Shown here: positions 12,802-25,996 of the stretch, piece by piece
Layout of the letters: every line of letters starts with the position of its first letter
How positions within the stretch are numbered: position 1 is the first letter of the stretch
From: Hormiphora californensis
Taxonomy: Eukaryota > Animalia > Ctenophora
Length of the DNA stretch: 64,000 nt
NCBI GenBank assembly: GCA_020137815.1
Contig: CM035362.1
Location: 5,828,001-5,892,000 of the forward strand
Direction of reading: 5' to 3'
Notes under the pieces: model-generated
The model's database searches: none
Told to the model about the DNA's origin: nothing
The model's input: the letters and a program-made list of their open reading frames with translations, nothing else
Made by a program: the position numbers and the translations under genes

Positions 12802-13722
12802 CTATCCCACTTGGATAACATTATTGCGGATGAAATAACAGCCGTCTGGATCTTCTAATCGTAACCGTTTCAAAGTGGACCTGAGAGCTTTTTGCTCCTT
12901 CAGTTCAGAGGGCGTTAGGTCCGGAGAGAGATAAACAGCCGAAAACTGTTTGGAGTCCTTGAGGTTTCGTGCTTTTTTGAGCAGCGCCAGGAGAGTCGAT
13001 CTCTTCTCCAGTGATACTAAGAGCGGTCTAGGGCGCTTCTCGTTTCTTTCCCCGATGCGTTTCGTCGTTGTCACCTTTGGTTTCTCTTGCAATTCCTCAA
13101 ACAGTTCGTCCAAAGTAGTTTTAGCTACTCTATCCGTTGTTTCTGGAAGACCAAACACAACCAGGTTCTTCTCTCTTCCGGGCTGTTGGACGGGAGTAGG
13201 GTGATGTAAAGGTGGCAGTTTTCCCAATTTGGGGGAGGTTGCAGCACAATTCTGTGCAAGAACAGTAGAGTAGGCTTTCACCTTCTGCACCGATGCTGTC
13301 ACTGTACTGAGTTGTTGGTTCTGTTGGTTGATAACCGTTTGCTGAAGCTCGATCACGCTAACCCGATGACGGTCAAGTTCTTCTTTGCATTCACGCAGCT
13401 GCTTCTCGAGGTTTTCCACGCTGATAACAGTTTTAAAATTGTTCATTGTTGCTCGGGCAAGTTTCATACTGGAGAGGAAAATACGCGAAGTAGCCTCAAT
13501 TGTTTCACTCGTAGTTCGGTCCTTGAGACAATGTCTAAAATACGAACCCCAGTGCTTGCAAGGCGAAGCTACGTTGTCGTTGGTTAACGTTGAATCAGGT
13601 GCAGTTTGGATCTGTTTATAACATTGATTAAACTGAGCTAGGGTGATACTCATCGTGTTGGGATCATCAGTCGAATTCAACCGGTAAACTTCAGAAACAA
13701 AGTTATCTACTGTCTCTTTCAA
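12802..13722 (-). mobile_element. Non-LTR retrotransposon ORF1-like protein (CR1/L2/Jockey type)
   Basis: 306-aa intronless ORF: coiled coil, then REKNLVVFGLPE, RIG, RPRPLLVSL, VYLSPDLT. It is followed by a short 3' UTR and a (TTTACA)n tail at ~12627-12662. Confidence 0.85.
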
Positions 13723-14159
13723 TTGTACAAATATACATTTATTGTCCGCTTTTCATTGTCCATATTTTAAAGAACAACACGAGTTCTGTTAGGTCTTGAC
13801 TACTTGCATCACTTGGTGCGGACTTCGTCTCACTAACTCTCGTTTCAAAAGCGGTTAGTTCTATACCAAGGATTTCCAATTATTATTGCAAGATGGTATT
13901 TTTCTGAAGGTAGGTCTTGTTAGTTAAACAACATTTAAATCGGATGATGAAATATACTGTCTCTGCTTACTGCAGATTGATAAAATATGCTCTTGGATCT
14001 AGGGATCCAGAAATAAATACTTTAGCACCAGGGCTTTAGCCCTTAAACAATCGATACTGTCTTATACAACCTGGGTGAGGACTGAGGATCCGACTACTTC
14101 ACCTGTAGGAGAACCAAGGAGCGGAAGAGAAGTCATACTCGCTGTAGCCTGCATCTCAC

Positions 14160-14590
14160 CACACTGGCTGTACTTCTATAAGTGAAGCCCAACACACTCC
14201 ACTACACCATGCCATACCGACTGTACTTCTATAAGTAGAGCCCAACACACTCCACTACACTACACCATACTGGCTTCACTTCTTTAAGTAAAGCCCAACA
14301 CACTCCTCTGCACTACACCATACTGGCTGTACTTCTATAAGTAAAGCCCAACACACTCCACTGCACCACACTATACTGGCTGTACTTCTATAAGTAGAGC
14401 CCAACACACTCCACTGCACTACACCATACTGGCTGCACTTCTATAAGTAAAGCCCAACACACTCCACTGCACTACACCATACTGGCTGCACTTCTATAAG
14501 TAAAGCCCAACACAGCAGCAGCACTACACCATACTGGCTGCACTTCTATAAGTAAAGCCCAACACGCTCCACTGCACAACACCTCACTGC
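14160..14590. repeat. 53-bp minisatellite, ~8 copies
   Basis: Unit cccaacacactccactgcactacaccatactggctgcacttctataagtaaag. Confidence 0.9.
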
Positions 14591-15369
14591 AACCCTTCCA
14601 CCCCCATACCCCAATTTTGGTGTCCATTTATAATTTATATTTCCCCCCTTTTTTTACCCCTTTTTTTTGTTGTCTTTTTTTTTCTTTTTTTTTTTCTTTT
14701 TTTTTTCTTTCTTTTCTTTTTTTATTTGTTGGATCTTTTCTGCTTTACTTTTTTTGTTCTTTTTTTTTTGTTCTTTTTTTTCTTTCAATTGTGTGCTGCA
14801 CAATTGAGTAAAGTGAGCGCTGCGGCGAAAAAAGTTTCCGAAAACGCTGCAAATCGAGTGCGAAAGACGCAGTCTTTACACCCAGAGCGGCGCGGGCGCT
14901 CTGGGTGTAACGACTGTGTAAAGACTGTGTAAACTCTGTGTAAATACTGAACTTTTTTAGGGATCCCTATGGAGGAGTCCAGACCAGCGGTGGAGACGAC
15001 GAGAAGGAAGCGGAGCAAAAAGCGAATAAGAAAGCGCGCGCCGCGCAATAAAATTTGCAGCGTAATTGAATAAATTCTGCGCCAGCAATTTTACTAAAGA
15101 ATCAAATTGTGTAAAGCGACATAATTTGTCAAGCGACACCAATCAGGAGATATTATAGGGCATATCTATGCCTATAAGTCTGCACCAGTGGCGCACTGGT
15201 GTTCTAGGCAGAAAGATCTAGACTGAGAGTGAGACAAATACATTTGTCTAGATCCGCGCGCGGATATCCGGCTGTCTAGTGTCTACAGCTTTTAGACCTG
15301 TGACCTGAGCTGTGTCATTCATAAATCTTGGTATAAATCTTTGCTACCAATTGTACCATTGGTACTACA

Positions 15370-15780
15370 GGGGGCCCACGTGGACGTTGCAGTGTTTCAT
15401 CCTACTGCACCCAGTTACAGAGGAAAAGACCCAAAATCTCTGTATAAAATGAATGAAAGTCGGAAGAAGCGTGATTACCAACAACGAATCAGAGAGTCGG
15501 AGAGAGGGGCTTTCACCCCGTTCGTGATGTCTACCTCCGGTGGTGCCGGACCTGAGGCTGAACGACTAATCAAAATGCTAGCATCACGCATCTCAACTAA
15601 ACACAAGGACAAATACGCTGAGGTGATTAATTTCTTGAGAACGCGGATACGGTTCTGTCTCCTCAGAAGTACCTTGGTCTCACTAAGGGGTACGAGGAAG
15701 AAGTTCACGACCCCACCTCCCATTGCAATGTGTGATTTTACTGACTGACTTTTTATTTGTAATATTTATTGTTTATTTGA
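15370..15780 (+). mobile_element. 5'-truncated CRE-like non-LTR retrotransposon (restriction-like endonuclease C-terminus)
   Basis: DVAVFHPTAPSY...KKRDYQQRIRESERGAFTPFVMSTSGG...IRFCLLRSTLVSLRG is typical of the RLE end of CRE-clade elements. An AT-rich 3' end follows. Confidence 0.75.
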
Positions 15781-16049
15781 GTGAGTGATTTTAAGATTTA
15801 TTTATTACTAACCCCAACACCGGGGGCAAATGATCGAACCCAATGTGAATGAGACTCATCGCGATTAACTCTTCATACGGTTACCCCCTTTCTCTCTTCG
15901 GCAGCTTCTCTTCGGCTGTTGGAAAGTGATGCCAATCGGTGTTGGGGTTAGTGAATTGGTACCATTGCTACCTATTCTTGCTGTGTGTGAGATCGATCTC
16001 AGTCCAATGGTAATGTCACCCGGCCCAGTATAAATCTATATCCGTCACT

Positions 16050-16545
16050 CTGTCTAGACTTGTTTCTGTCTAGATCCAGCAGTCTAGACCTGTGACCTTT
16101 ATCATGTCTACTGTCTTAGTCTAGATCTGTCTGTATAGATTCGGCTATATATTTAGTCCTGTGACATGTGTAATGTCTAGACCTACGTCTAGACTCGTGT
16201 CTAGACCTGAGTCTAGTCTTTCAGTGTCTACCGCTAAATCTGTTTGTCTAGAGTCTAGATCATCTAGACAAATATCTCTTGAAGTAGATACTGACAGGAT
16301 AGGTATAATAGATCAAAGTATAGGATAGGTATCTGTATAGATCAAAGACACATATCATGCATATATAGACACTAGACAGACATATCTAGACATGACACAG
16401 AACACAGGTCTAGACAGCCGGATCTAGATGCAGACGCAAGTCTAGACAGACATATCTAGACATGTCACAGGTCTAGACAGTGGATGTAGACATGTCACAG
16501 GTCTAGACAGTGGATGTAGACGGGAGACAGATCTAGACAGGACAG
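16050..16545. repeat. TCTAGA-rich degenerate palindromic repeat; related copies at 10770-10880 and 15210-15310
   Basis: Many gtctagac motifs in both orientations. 16050-16130 is nearly identical to 10795-10878. Confidence 0.75.
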
Positions 16546-19310
16546 GTGTATTTAATATTTTCATAATATCGTCTCCCTTTCTTTCTCTCCCGCTCACCTA
16601 GGCAGCATTCCTCTCCCGCTCACCTAGGCAGCATTCCTCTCAATTTCACCAAACTAAGAACTACGCTGTCTGGCGCCGCGACCCCATCTGAGCGAACTGT
16701 CAAATGGGGTATGGGGCCGCCATACAGGAACTACGTCATTACACTCATGATAGAGAAAAACACGAGCTAAAGTTTGTCATATTCTGGGGGCGCCTGGAAT
16801 ATTAATTATGTGCGGTCACGTAAACATATTAGAGCAGATTTTTATAAATAGCATTCCCCCACAATTTGTGGGGAAGTTTTTTGGGGGGGGTTTTTTTCGG
16901 GAAACATAAATACCCTTGTTTTTTTGGTTTTTCCCCTTTCTGTATTAAATTAAAAAAAATCGAGAAAAAAGTTTTTCCCATATTGCAATGCCCTTGTCAA
17001 ATTTACCAGTTTGGGGGTTAAAAAAAACCCCCTTTTAAAAAACTGAAAATTTTAATCTTTGCCCTTCTGCTGGCTTGATTTGAATATCAGAATATGTATA
17101 GACCATATCACCCACTCAAAACCCACTCGGGCCCATATCCCTATCCGCACCCCTTCCATCCCCCCTCTGTTTTTCGTTAAAACCCGTTCTTTTACCCTTG
17201 GTGAGTTTTTATGTGCACACCGACAAATCAGCTCACAAAACCCGAGAATCATGGGAAAATGGTCCCCAATTTTTACCGTTTTGGGGCCGGGGTTTTTTTC
17301 CTTACTGGGGTTCCTTAGAATTTTTTCCCGCCCAATTGATAATGAAAAAATCAAAAAACAAAACCCCATAAAACGGGGGGGTTAAAAGAGAGGGGGAAGG
17401 AGGGGGGCCAGAAGGAGAAAAGGAAGAAAAAGGGAGAGAGAGAGAGAAAGGGGAAGAAAGGGGGGGGGGGGGGAAAAAATTTTTGGGGAAATTTTCTCTC
17501 TCTCCCCTCTCCCCCCTACCCCTCTCCCTCTCTCTTCCTCTCCTCTCTCTCTCTCTTCTCTCCCCTTCTTCCCCCCTTTCTTTTCTCTCTTCTCTCTTTT
17601 CTCTCTCTCTCTCCTCTCTCTCCCCCTTTTTGGTTTCTCTATTCCTTTTTCCGTTAATTTTCCCTTCTTCTTTTTTTTTTCTGCGGGACCCAATCCTGGG
17701 TGGGGTGCTTTTTTCCGGCCCAAACATCTAGGGGACTCTATCAATAGATTTTCCCTTACAATCCCATTACTTTTGGGGGCCCCTATCAGGGTTGTGACTT
17801 GCTGTTTTTAAAAGGGAGGTGAACACGTAATTGTTCCACGCTTCACAGTTCACACATTTCCATGGACACGTTATACTTCCACCTTAATTTCTTAAACATA
17901 AAAAAGTGTAATTCGTTAAGTAATAAAGTTTCCCCGATTTGTTTTATTTCCTTTAAAAGCTTTGTTCAAGCTTTGTTTTCCGGCTTGTGTAATTAATAAA
18001 TGTTTGAATCCATGTGGGCGGGGTAGCGGGGTACCATATTAATGTAACAACGCTACCACGCTACTACCGCACAATGTATGTCATGCGGATGTAGGTGGTT
18101 ACAAATTAATACACAGTCTCTTAAATTTATTGAAAAATGTATTCCTTTGCCACTATTTTGGCATTTTGTTCTGGGCACTCGTTTTGTTCTTGGTCACTTT
18201 GTCGTTTTTTGATACTTGATAGGATGCCAAGACCTGCTGGCTTCACTCTTCAGGCCTGAAGTTGCACGCATTTGGTAGAGCTTTGATGCAGAAAGAAAAT
18301 TTGCCCGGCCGCCATGTGATTTGATTATTTCTGTCAAGTTCATAGACGTTCACTTTTGCCAAAAAACTTCATGGGAATTAGTTATTATAAGAGTCAAAAG
18401 TGATATATTGTTTCAGTTTAGTAATATCAAGTTGGAATTTTAAGCACATTAAACAATTTGTATAGACACATTGTTCATCTCAACTTCATGCATCGGAAAC
18501 TGCCCCGAATATTCACTGGAACATATCCATGTAATAAAACTTTGCATGAAGATTGCGTTCATTCATTATTGACTATCGTCATCACCATATATCATTTGTG
18601 AATCTGTTAACCCTTTTATTATTTCTATGGCCCTGTCGTACATGTCGGTTAATTGACACAGAGAAAGTTTGAGATTTTCGTCAAAATCAGCGTCTCTCAC
18701 AATTAATTAGCTCAAATTTTTATACTTTCTTCCTTTTCTCTGTCAGCTGTCTAGCGCAGCTCTTTCTCATTCTGCCAACATCCACGTGTCAATTTTTGCT
18801 GTGTTTTTCTCATAGCTTCAATCTTGTTCTCTTCAAGCTCTTAGAAATATACATGTGAGTGAGCTGTTTTTGATTTGCCATCTCTAACCAGTAGAGAGAA
18901 TGGCCTGAGAAGACTCAGTTTTGAGAAATCTCGCCATCTAATCGTATAAGTTGCCTTTTGCATTTGTACATCCCCCCAGCCCCCGGGTGTGTTGTTCACT
19001 TTACATACGAGTTGCAAAAAACACAATATGAACAATACACTTTATTTGTTCCTTTTTCCTTTCTCCTATACTAGCTATTATAGTCATTCCCTCTCTTTCT
19101 CCCTACAAATGCCCTCTCAATTTCTCCCTATAACAGCTACAAATACCCCCTTTTCTCCCTATAACAACTACAAATAACCCCCTTTTCTCCCTACAAATGT
19201 CCCCTTTTCTCCTCTAAATCTCCCCTAATTCCACTATTTCTCTCCTAAATCTCCCTATTATACAACTCCAAGTACAATCAATACCCCTCCCTACAATTAC
19301 AGCTCCAAGT

Positions 19311-22300
19311 ATGCCGCGGCACGATGAACTCGTATGGCAGGTATCACAACTGGAAAGTAAGGTGGAGTTCCTTATGGAGAACCTGTACAGTCGGATAGAC
19401 CGGATATACGAGGTTCATAAACCATAATTTTTAATTGGGAACTAATTAGTTACCAATTAGTTACCAATTACAGTCGGACCCCGATTTAGTGGCCCCCCGA
19501 TTTAGTGGCACCCCGATTTAGTGGCAGGATTTTTTCCCCGATATAGGAAATAAACATTATTTGACCCCGATTTAGTGGACACCCCGATTTAGTGGACAAG
19601 AGCCTTTCCCCCGAGGATGCCACTAAATCGGGGTCCAACTGTAATTGGTAACTAATTGGGTACTAATTGGGTACTAATTTGTAACTAATTGGTAACTAAT
19701 TGGTAACTAACAGCAACACAGAACCATTCCCAGATCACATGTAACAGTGACAGAAACCACCATGAGACGGAATTATTAAGACAGGAGGTATCGCTACTCA
19801 ACGCCAGGTATATTATTAATTATCAATTAATCATTAATTAATACTTTGCACGTTTCCTATCCGCTCCTATCCTTATCCGCTCTTAATTCTCCCCTATTCT
19901 CCCCTAAGGGGAAACTCTAACTGAATGAACACGCAGTAATGGTAGCCCATCAACTGGAAATCTCTAACTGATAATGGGAGCCATCACTCTGGGCGCGCCA
20001 TGATTTGCCACATTCTGCTGGTAAAAAAGGCTTTTACGTAGAGCGCGATGACAAACACACGGATATGGTCACGCGTTCTGTCCATCATTCCTTCCAACCA
20101 GTTAGAGTTTTACCGTTGATGGGACGCCATTACTGAGCGTCCATTCAGTTAGAGTTTCCCCTAATCATCTCCTAATTCTCCCCTAATTCTCCGCCTAATT
20201 CACCCCTAATTCTCTCCTAATTCATCCTTATAATTCACCCTTATAATTCACCCCTATCCGCCCCTAATTCTCCCCTATTCGCCCCTAATTCTCCCCTAAT
20301 TCTCCCCTAATTCACCCCTATCCGCTCCTAATTTTCACCTAATTCTCTCCTAATTCTCCCCTAATTCTCTCCTAATTCACCCCTATCCGCTCCTAATTTT
20401 CGCCTAATTCTCTCCTAATTCTCCCCTAATTCTCTCTAATTCTCCCCTATCCATCCCTAATTCTCCCCTATCCGCCCCTATTTCTCTCCTATTTCTCTCC
20501 TAATTCTCCCCTAATTCACCCCTCATTCTCCCCTAATTCACCCCTCATTCTCCCCTATAATTCACCCCTATGCCGATCCGCTCCTAATTCTCCCCTAATT
20601 CTCCCCTAATTCTCCCCTAATTCTCCCCTATCCGCCCCTAATTCACCCCTATCCGCTCCTAATTCTCCCCTATTCTCCCCTATCCATCCCCAATTCTCCC
20701 CTAATTCTCCCCTATCCCCTAATTCTCCCCTCCCTATTCGCCCCTAAGTTTCCCCTAATATCCCCCTTATATCCACCCCTTATCTCGCTCTAGGTTGTAC
20801 AGCATGCAGCCAGCAGGTAATTCGCCCCTAATTCTCTCCCAATTCTCTAGGTTGTACAGCATGCAGCCAGCAGGTAACGGGCCCTGTTCAAACTGTTCCA
20901 AAGACAATGGTGAAAATGAAGAGCTGATTTTAGAAGCACTGAGTGAAGCAAGAAAAGGCACGTGTGTAGAGCAGGAAATACTGGTCCCTGATTGGCTGAT
21001 AACCGGTCACGTGACCTAAATAACGAGTTCTGATTGGTCGGTTCCTGGAATCACGTGGCTGATTTTCTCGATTTGATTCATCTCCTTTTGATTGCAGCCC
21101 TATTTTATTATGTTCAGCATGTCACTTACGCAAGAACTATATTTGATTAATGATTATTTGGTCCATACCATACTGAATGATATTATCATTGTTTTTTGAG
21201 CTCTTCAAAATTCAATTTGATCCATCTCATAACGTCACAATTACCCTTTGTTTTTCAGCTCTGGCTGCACTGAGCGATCAGAACAAGACACCTAACCCCA
21301 ACAACAGTAACCTCTGGAAGAAACTAAAGAAAACTTATAAAACTCCCCAGCCCGCTGAGCACCTTGTGGATGTTAAATCTATCGTTGCGGTAAGTGAATC
21401 TGACAGGAAATACTGGTCCCTGATTGGCTGATTGGCCAGTCACGTGACCTAAATAACAAGTTCTGATTGGTTGTTTACTTGTGTCGGTCGGTTTCTGGTG
21501 AATCATATCATATAGATCTTGAGTATTTCAAATAATTTAGCAGAAGAAATACTATTTGGCCTGCTAAAACTGGTAATTTTCTATCATTCAAATTTCATAT
21601 ATACATATAGGGTGTATCATAATAGTCGACCTCCCAATCTTGTGAACCCCAACAAGAAACACACACATTGGGAAGTGGCTGATCGGCTGTCTGGCGGCGC
21701 CGACCCGATCTGACCGCACTGTCAAAACGGGGTCTGGTGGGCGGCGGCGCCAGACAACTGAACAAGATACACCCTTCTTCCTGCTTTTCTCCTTTAATCC
21801 ATCTCCTAGTAGTCAGCCGAACAGCTTCACGGCCGAAAAGTAAGATCGTTACCTTTTCTAAAGCGAGTTAAAGAAAGATTTCGTTGTTAAGGTGAGATGG
21901 AGCTGCTTAGAGACAGGGACCGACCAATCAGAACTCGTTATTTAGGTCACGTGACTGGTAATCAGCCAATCAGGGACCAGTATTTCCTGATTAGGTCGGT
22001 TCCTGCTTAGAGCTATCCCTCTGCTAACATGTCAATTATTTTCAGAAATTCAACGTGCACCAATGGGAGTTGGATGAACCGGATATTTCACGACCCTGTT
22101 CGACCAATCCCGCCAACCAGCTACCTTCCTCAACCACCCCACCAACAATGGTAAGTGCAGCCATACCAGCAGATCAGAATGATCATCTCTCCATAGTTAA
22201 AGTAACAATCTCTCTCCAACTGACAACTTCTATAAACCCGGTTCTGAAAACCTCCCTCTCTCTCTCCATAGTTAAAGTAACGATCTCACCCTCTCAGCAG

Positions 22301-22417
22301 GTGTTATCACCGGAAACGAGTTCAGAGGAACAACAACAGGCGGCTAGCATGCAACCCACAAAAAAGAGGAAACTCCGTCTTCAATTTGTTATGAAGCGAA
22401 AAGCGAGGGGATCTTAA
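19311..22417 (+). CDS. Orphan protein with N-terminal coiled-coil-like segment and C-terminal basic NLS-like motif
   Basis: Plausible exons 19311-19412, ~19722-19807, 20851-~20957, 21259-21389, 22046-22150, ~22298-22417: MPRHDELVWQVSQLESKVEFLMENL...PTKKRKLRLQFVMKRKARGS*. Confidence 0.55.
19471..19641. mobile_element. pogo/Tigger-like MITE (TIR CAGTCGGACCCCGATTTA, TA TSD); relatives at ~1372, 6600, 8000, 38517, 42916, 48950, 58790, 62820, 63450
   Basis: ta|cagtcggacccc...ggggtccaactg|ta. Confidence 0.85.
19860..20850. repeat. Degenerate (CCCCTAATTCT)n satellite in an intron
   Basis: 11-bp periodicity is visible. Confidence 0.9.
19908..20161. mobile_element. PIF/Harbinger-type MITE
   Basis: TIR ggggaaactctaactgaatg with a 3-bp TAA duplication on both sides. 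Confidence 0.8.
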
Positions 22418-23938
22418 AATCTACCAATCAGAACTCGTTATTTAGGTCACGTGACTGGTTATCAGCCAATCAGGGACCAGTATTTCCTGATTCAGTTTGT
22501 TATGAAGCGAAAAGCAAGGGGATCTTAACAAGTTTTTAGGATATTAGACTATTAGATATGTGTCATATAGATTGGAATATGTGTGACGAGGGCGTGTTAA
22601 CAAAAGTAAGACTTTTGCTACAATAAAGACTATTTTGGGTACAAAGTTTCAGGAATTGTGAATATTTCATGTGCTAAAGAATTTTGCGAATTCCACGATT
22701 GAAATCAGTTTTATTAATTGTTTAATTAATTATATTCCATACATTTCTGATAGCTCTCTCTCCTCCACCCCTGCAGCAGTATTAGTGTATTTGAATCCGA
22801 GCATGATCTGATGTGTGATCCCGGGTGGCATGTTCTACATGCGATCATTGTCAGTGTACCTCCGATAATTTTGTGGCATGCTGTAGCAGTAGCACCATGA
22901 GTGGCATGCTGTAGCACCATGTAGCTCACCATGAGCAATGAGCTACTGCAGAACCAGCAGGATTCATACCTTTACCATGACATCTGCAGCACCGCCTGAT
23001 GACATATAGTTGAGCCGAAAGCTTCTGATTCTTGATTGAATTTTAAGACTAGGCTAAATCTTTGTTTTCTTTATATGACTTGCTACAAAAATAGGTACTG
23101 TTATACGGCCTTTTACTTGCATTCGGTCTTTCGTCTCTATACTACTGCTATTATATTATGGTCTTCCGTGCAGTGTTTGCTCCTGTAACTGGTTCAGAGA
23201 TCTGTTCCAATGGAACAACCATGAGCGATGCAACTTAATTCCTATAACTGATATTTGTATTGTGGTCAAACTGAATTGGACGGTGCGGTTTAACCGCTGA
23301 TCAGCTTTTGCAGTAATCGATACCCCTGAACAAGCAGCACCGCCCATCTCTCTGCAGGCACTGACCACTTGCTCCCTCTCTTTGATCTCTCTCTCCCTCT
23401 CTCTCTCTTCTTCTTTTCTCTCTCTCTCTCTCTCTCCTTCTCAGTATATATTTCTCCCTCTCTATTGCATTGAATGAACTGGCTGGTGGGAACTCAAGCA
23501 AGATTAGTGGTGGTGAGATAATTTAAAACAATTGAAGATATGATATAGGTGTAACGAATAATATTGATTGTTTTAATTGATATCTGGTGTGTGCTCAATT
23601 AAATTTCTCCAGTTTCAAATTCAAAAGGGATCATCACGGAGAGTGACAAAAAGTATCCTAACTATATCTCGCGTCGAGTCTCGACTCTCGAGTCAGCTTT
23701 CTTGTTTTCGCCTCACTTTATGTCTCCGATAATGTTTAAAACTTTGTCGCTCCAATGACAAGAATTAGATCACGTGGTTTTCTCTCTCTCTTCTCTCCTC
23801 CTCCTCATCTTCCTCTCTCTTCTCGAGCTCCTGATCTGCATCTCGATAGCGAGCAGGGAGGAGAGGCTCTCTCTTCTCTCTCTCTCTTGCACTCCATCTC
23901 GAGACTCTCTTCTCTTCTCTCTCTCTCTCTCTCTAGGC

Positions 23939-23980
<42 letters not shown>

Positions 23981-24975
23981 ATCTCCTCTCTCTCTCTCCT
24001 ATGTCCCTGATATATCTTTCCGTTTTCCAACAAACAGTTTGCTTGAGATTATGACAGAGAGAAAAGGATTGAGAAAGAGAGAGAAAAGGAGAGCGAGAGA
24101 GAGAGAAAAGGATTGAGAAAGAGAGAGAGAAAAGGAGAGCGAGGGAGAGAGAGAGAAAGATAGAGTGGAGAAGCAACTAAAGAACTAGCAGCACATTTTG
24201 CTCCTGCACTGTTTTGTGGTTTTGTATGTATTTAAAATTTGACAGCACGTCCAGCTCGCCGTGACGCAGTACACAATGTATGCTTCATTGAGCTTATTTG
24301 GTGAGAAGAAGGAGTTTGTAACAAAATTTGCTTGAGAGTTGGAGTGCGATGAGATATATCTGCATAGTGCATATCAAACAGGGGGAGAGATAGAGAGGGT
24401 GGTGGGAGAGAACGATGAAAGAGACGAAAAGAGAGAGGTTGGATAGAGAAATGTATCATTTGAACAGACGCCTTTTGTTCAAGTTTATTGTCTTTAAGAT
24501 TCTTTGAGTATAGAACTTGAACAGTCGTGAATTTAAAAAATTTCATACAATTAACTGACCATGCAAATACATACCTTAGTGTAATTGTACGATCCTATAG
24601 TCTGATGATATCTCAAGCTAGACTGCATTTCGCAAATGTAAAGGGAGGGTTAGAAGATAACAAGATATCTCGTGGTGAGAAAATATCTAAAACCAAAGAG
24701 ATATTATCTTCGGTCCCGTGTGATCCTACTAAATGCTTCTTTTTCGATCATATTGTTGATTGTTATACTTGATTGCTTGTAATCCATGAGAAAACAAGGG
24801 TCCTAGCATGGGCCCCCAGTCTCTGACCCTACAACTCTCTATCTCAAAGGCGGGGCCCTGCCCTCGTCGACCTCTCTCTCTCTCTCTTTTCCCCTCTCTC
24901 TCTCCTTCCTCTCTCCCTCTTCACTCCAACTCTCTCCTCTCTTCTCTTCTTCGTCACTCTTCTCCTTCCGCTTCT

Positions 24976-25028
<53 letters not shown>

Positions 25029-25466
25029 CTGGCTCGCGGCAGCACGTCTGTCGGTTAGTGTCAAAAGAAGAATGAGAGAGAAAGTGGGAATGATTGAGTG
25101 TTTTGCAGCTTCGTACTTGTGACCGATTTCAATAACTCATCACGATCATTATATTGATCCTTCGCCGGTATTTTATCCAATGATGCTGAAGGTAGAGAGA
25201 ACTTTGTTTGATACAAGTGCTTGTAAAACTAAATCAAAACGATATCATCGCTCATACGAAGCACCAATTTTAGTAATTTGCTGCCCAACGTGAACTAGGA
25301 AGTTGCCTTTGCTGCCCAAAAATCCAAAATGAACCAGGAAGTTGTCTTTTTGTTAGTACCTTGTTGAGTGAATTGACATCTGAACTTTTGAACTCCCGAC
25401 CCCCACCAGTTTATAAACAATCCAACCTCTTCTCTCCAGTGACCTAGGTAGAATTCCAGCAGCAAA

Positions 25467-25996
25467 ATGGTTCAAGTTATCACAATGAGAGATACTGGAC
25501 TTCTTCGTAATTCCCGGGTATGATTTCATGATATTGGAGTTCTAATCTATTTCAGCATTTCTCATGTCCCTGCATGTAAAGATCGTTTTCAATTTCCACT
25601 CTCAAATCACTATTTTCCCTCCCTCCCAAAATATTCCATATTCCAAATGCCTTCCATGCTTTGGTAATGAATTTCCCCCTCTGCGCTAGCTCATAATAAT
25701 AGGGGTGACTTCGTAACCAATTCCATGCTGCAGTTAATGGGTATCCCTAGTCCCTGATTGGCTGATAGCCAGTCACATGACCTAAATAACGAGTTCTGAT
25801 TGGTTCCTGACTAATCCCTATATCCCCCACGCTGCAGTTAATGGGGATCCCCGAGTTCCGGTGTATGGCCAATGATGTTGAGGTGTACAGAAGGAGTAAA
25901 GCTGTCATGTTCGGGCCACGCAGCGACGGACCTGAGGCCTACCAGGAACGATTTTATTGGTTACTGCTAGATATGTTGTGGAGAGTGTGCCAGTAA
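25467..25996 (+). CDS. Candidate small orphan protein (~70 aa)
   Basis: TATAAA at ~25412; exon 25467-25517 (MVQVITMRDTGLLRNSR) plus exon 25838-25996 (LMGIPEFRCMANDVEVYRR...LLDMLWRVCQ*). It may instead splice at cca|gtaagt to a last exon near 26190. Confidence 0.4.

Larger units (their letters stand above)
12523..14969. mobile_element. Non-autonomous DNA transposon with ~47-bp TIRs and TA ends; hosts a LINE-like insert
   Basis: tagggatccctaaaaaagttcagtatttacacagagtttacacagtc at 12523 and its reverse complement ending at 14969. Confidence 0.8.

Noticed and set aside
16850-17800. Unusual homopolymer-rich segment with ORFs
   Set aside because: Inflated homopolymers suggest low-quality sequence or a noisy gap fill; not interpretable.
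18130-18850. Coding-like minus-strand sequence (also 22730-23370)
   Set aside because: Multiple stops and no recognisable motif; possibly a decayed gene or transposon, but I cannot support a call.
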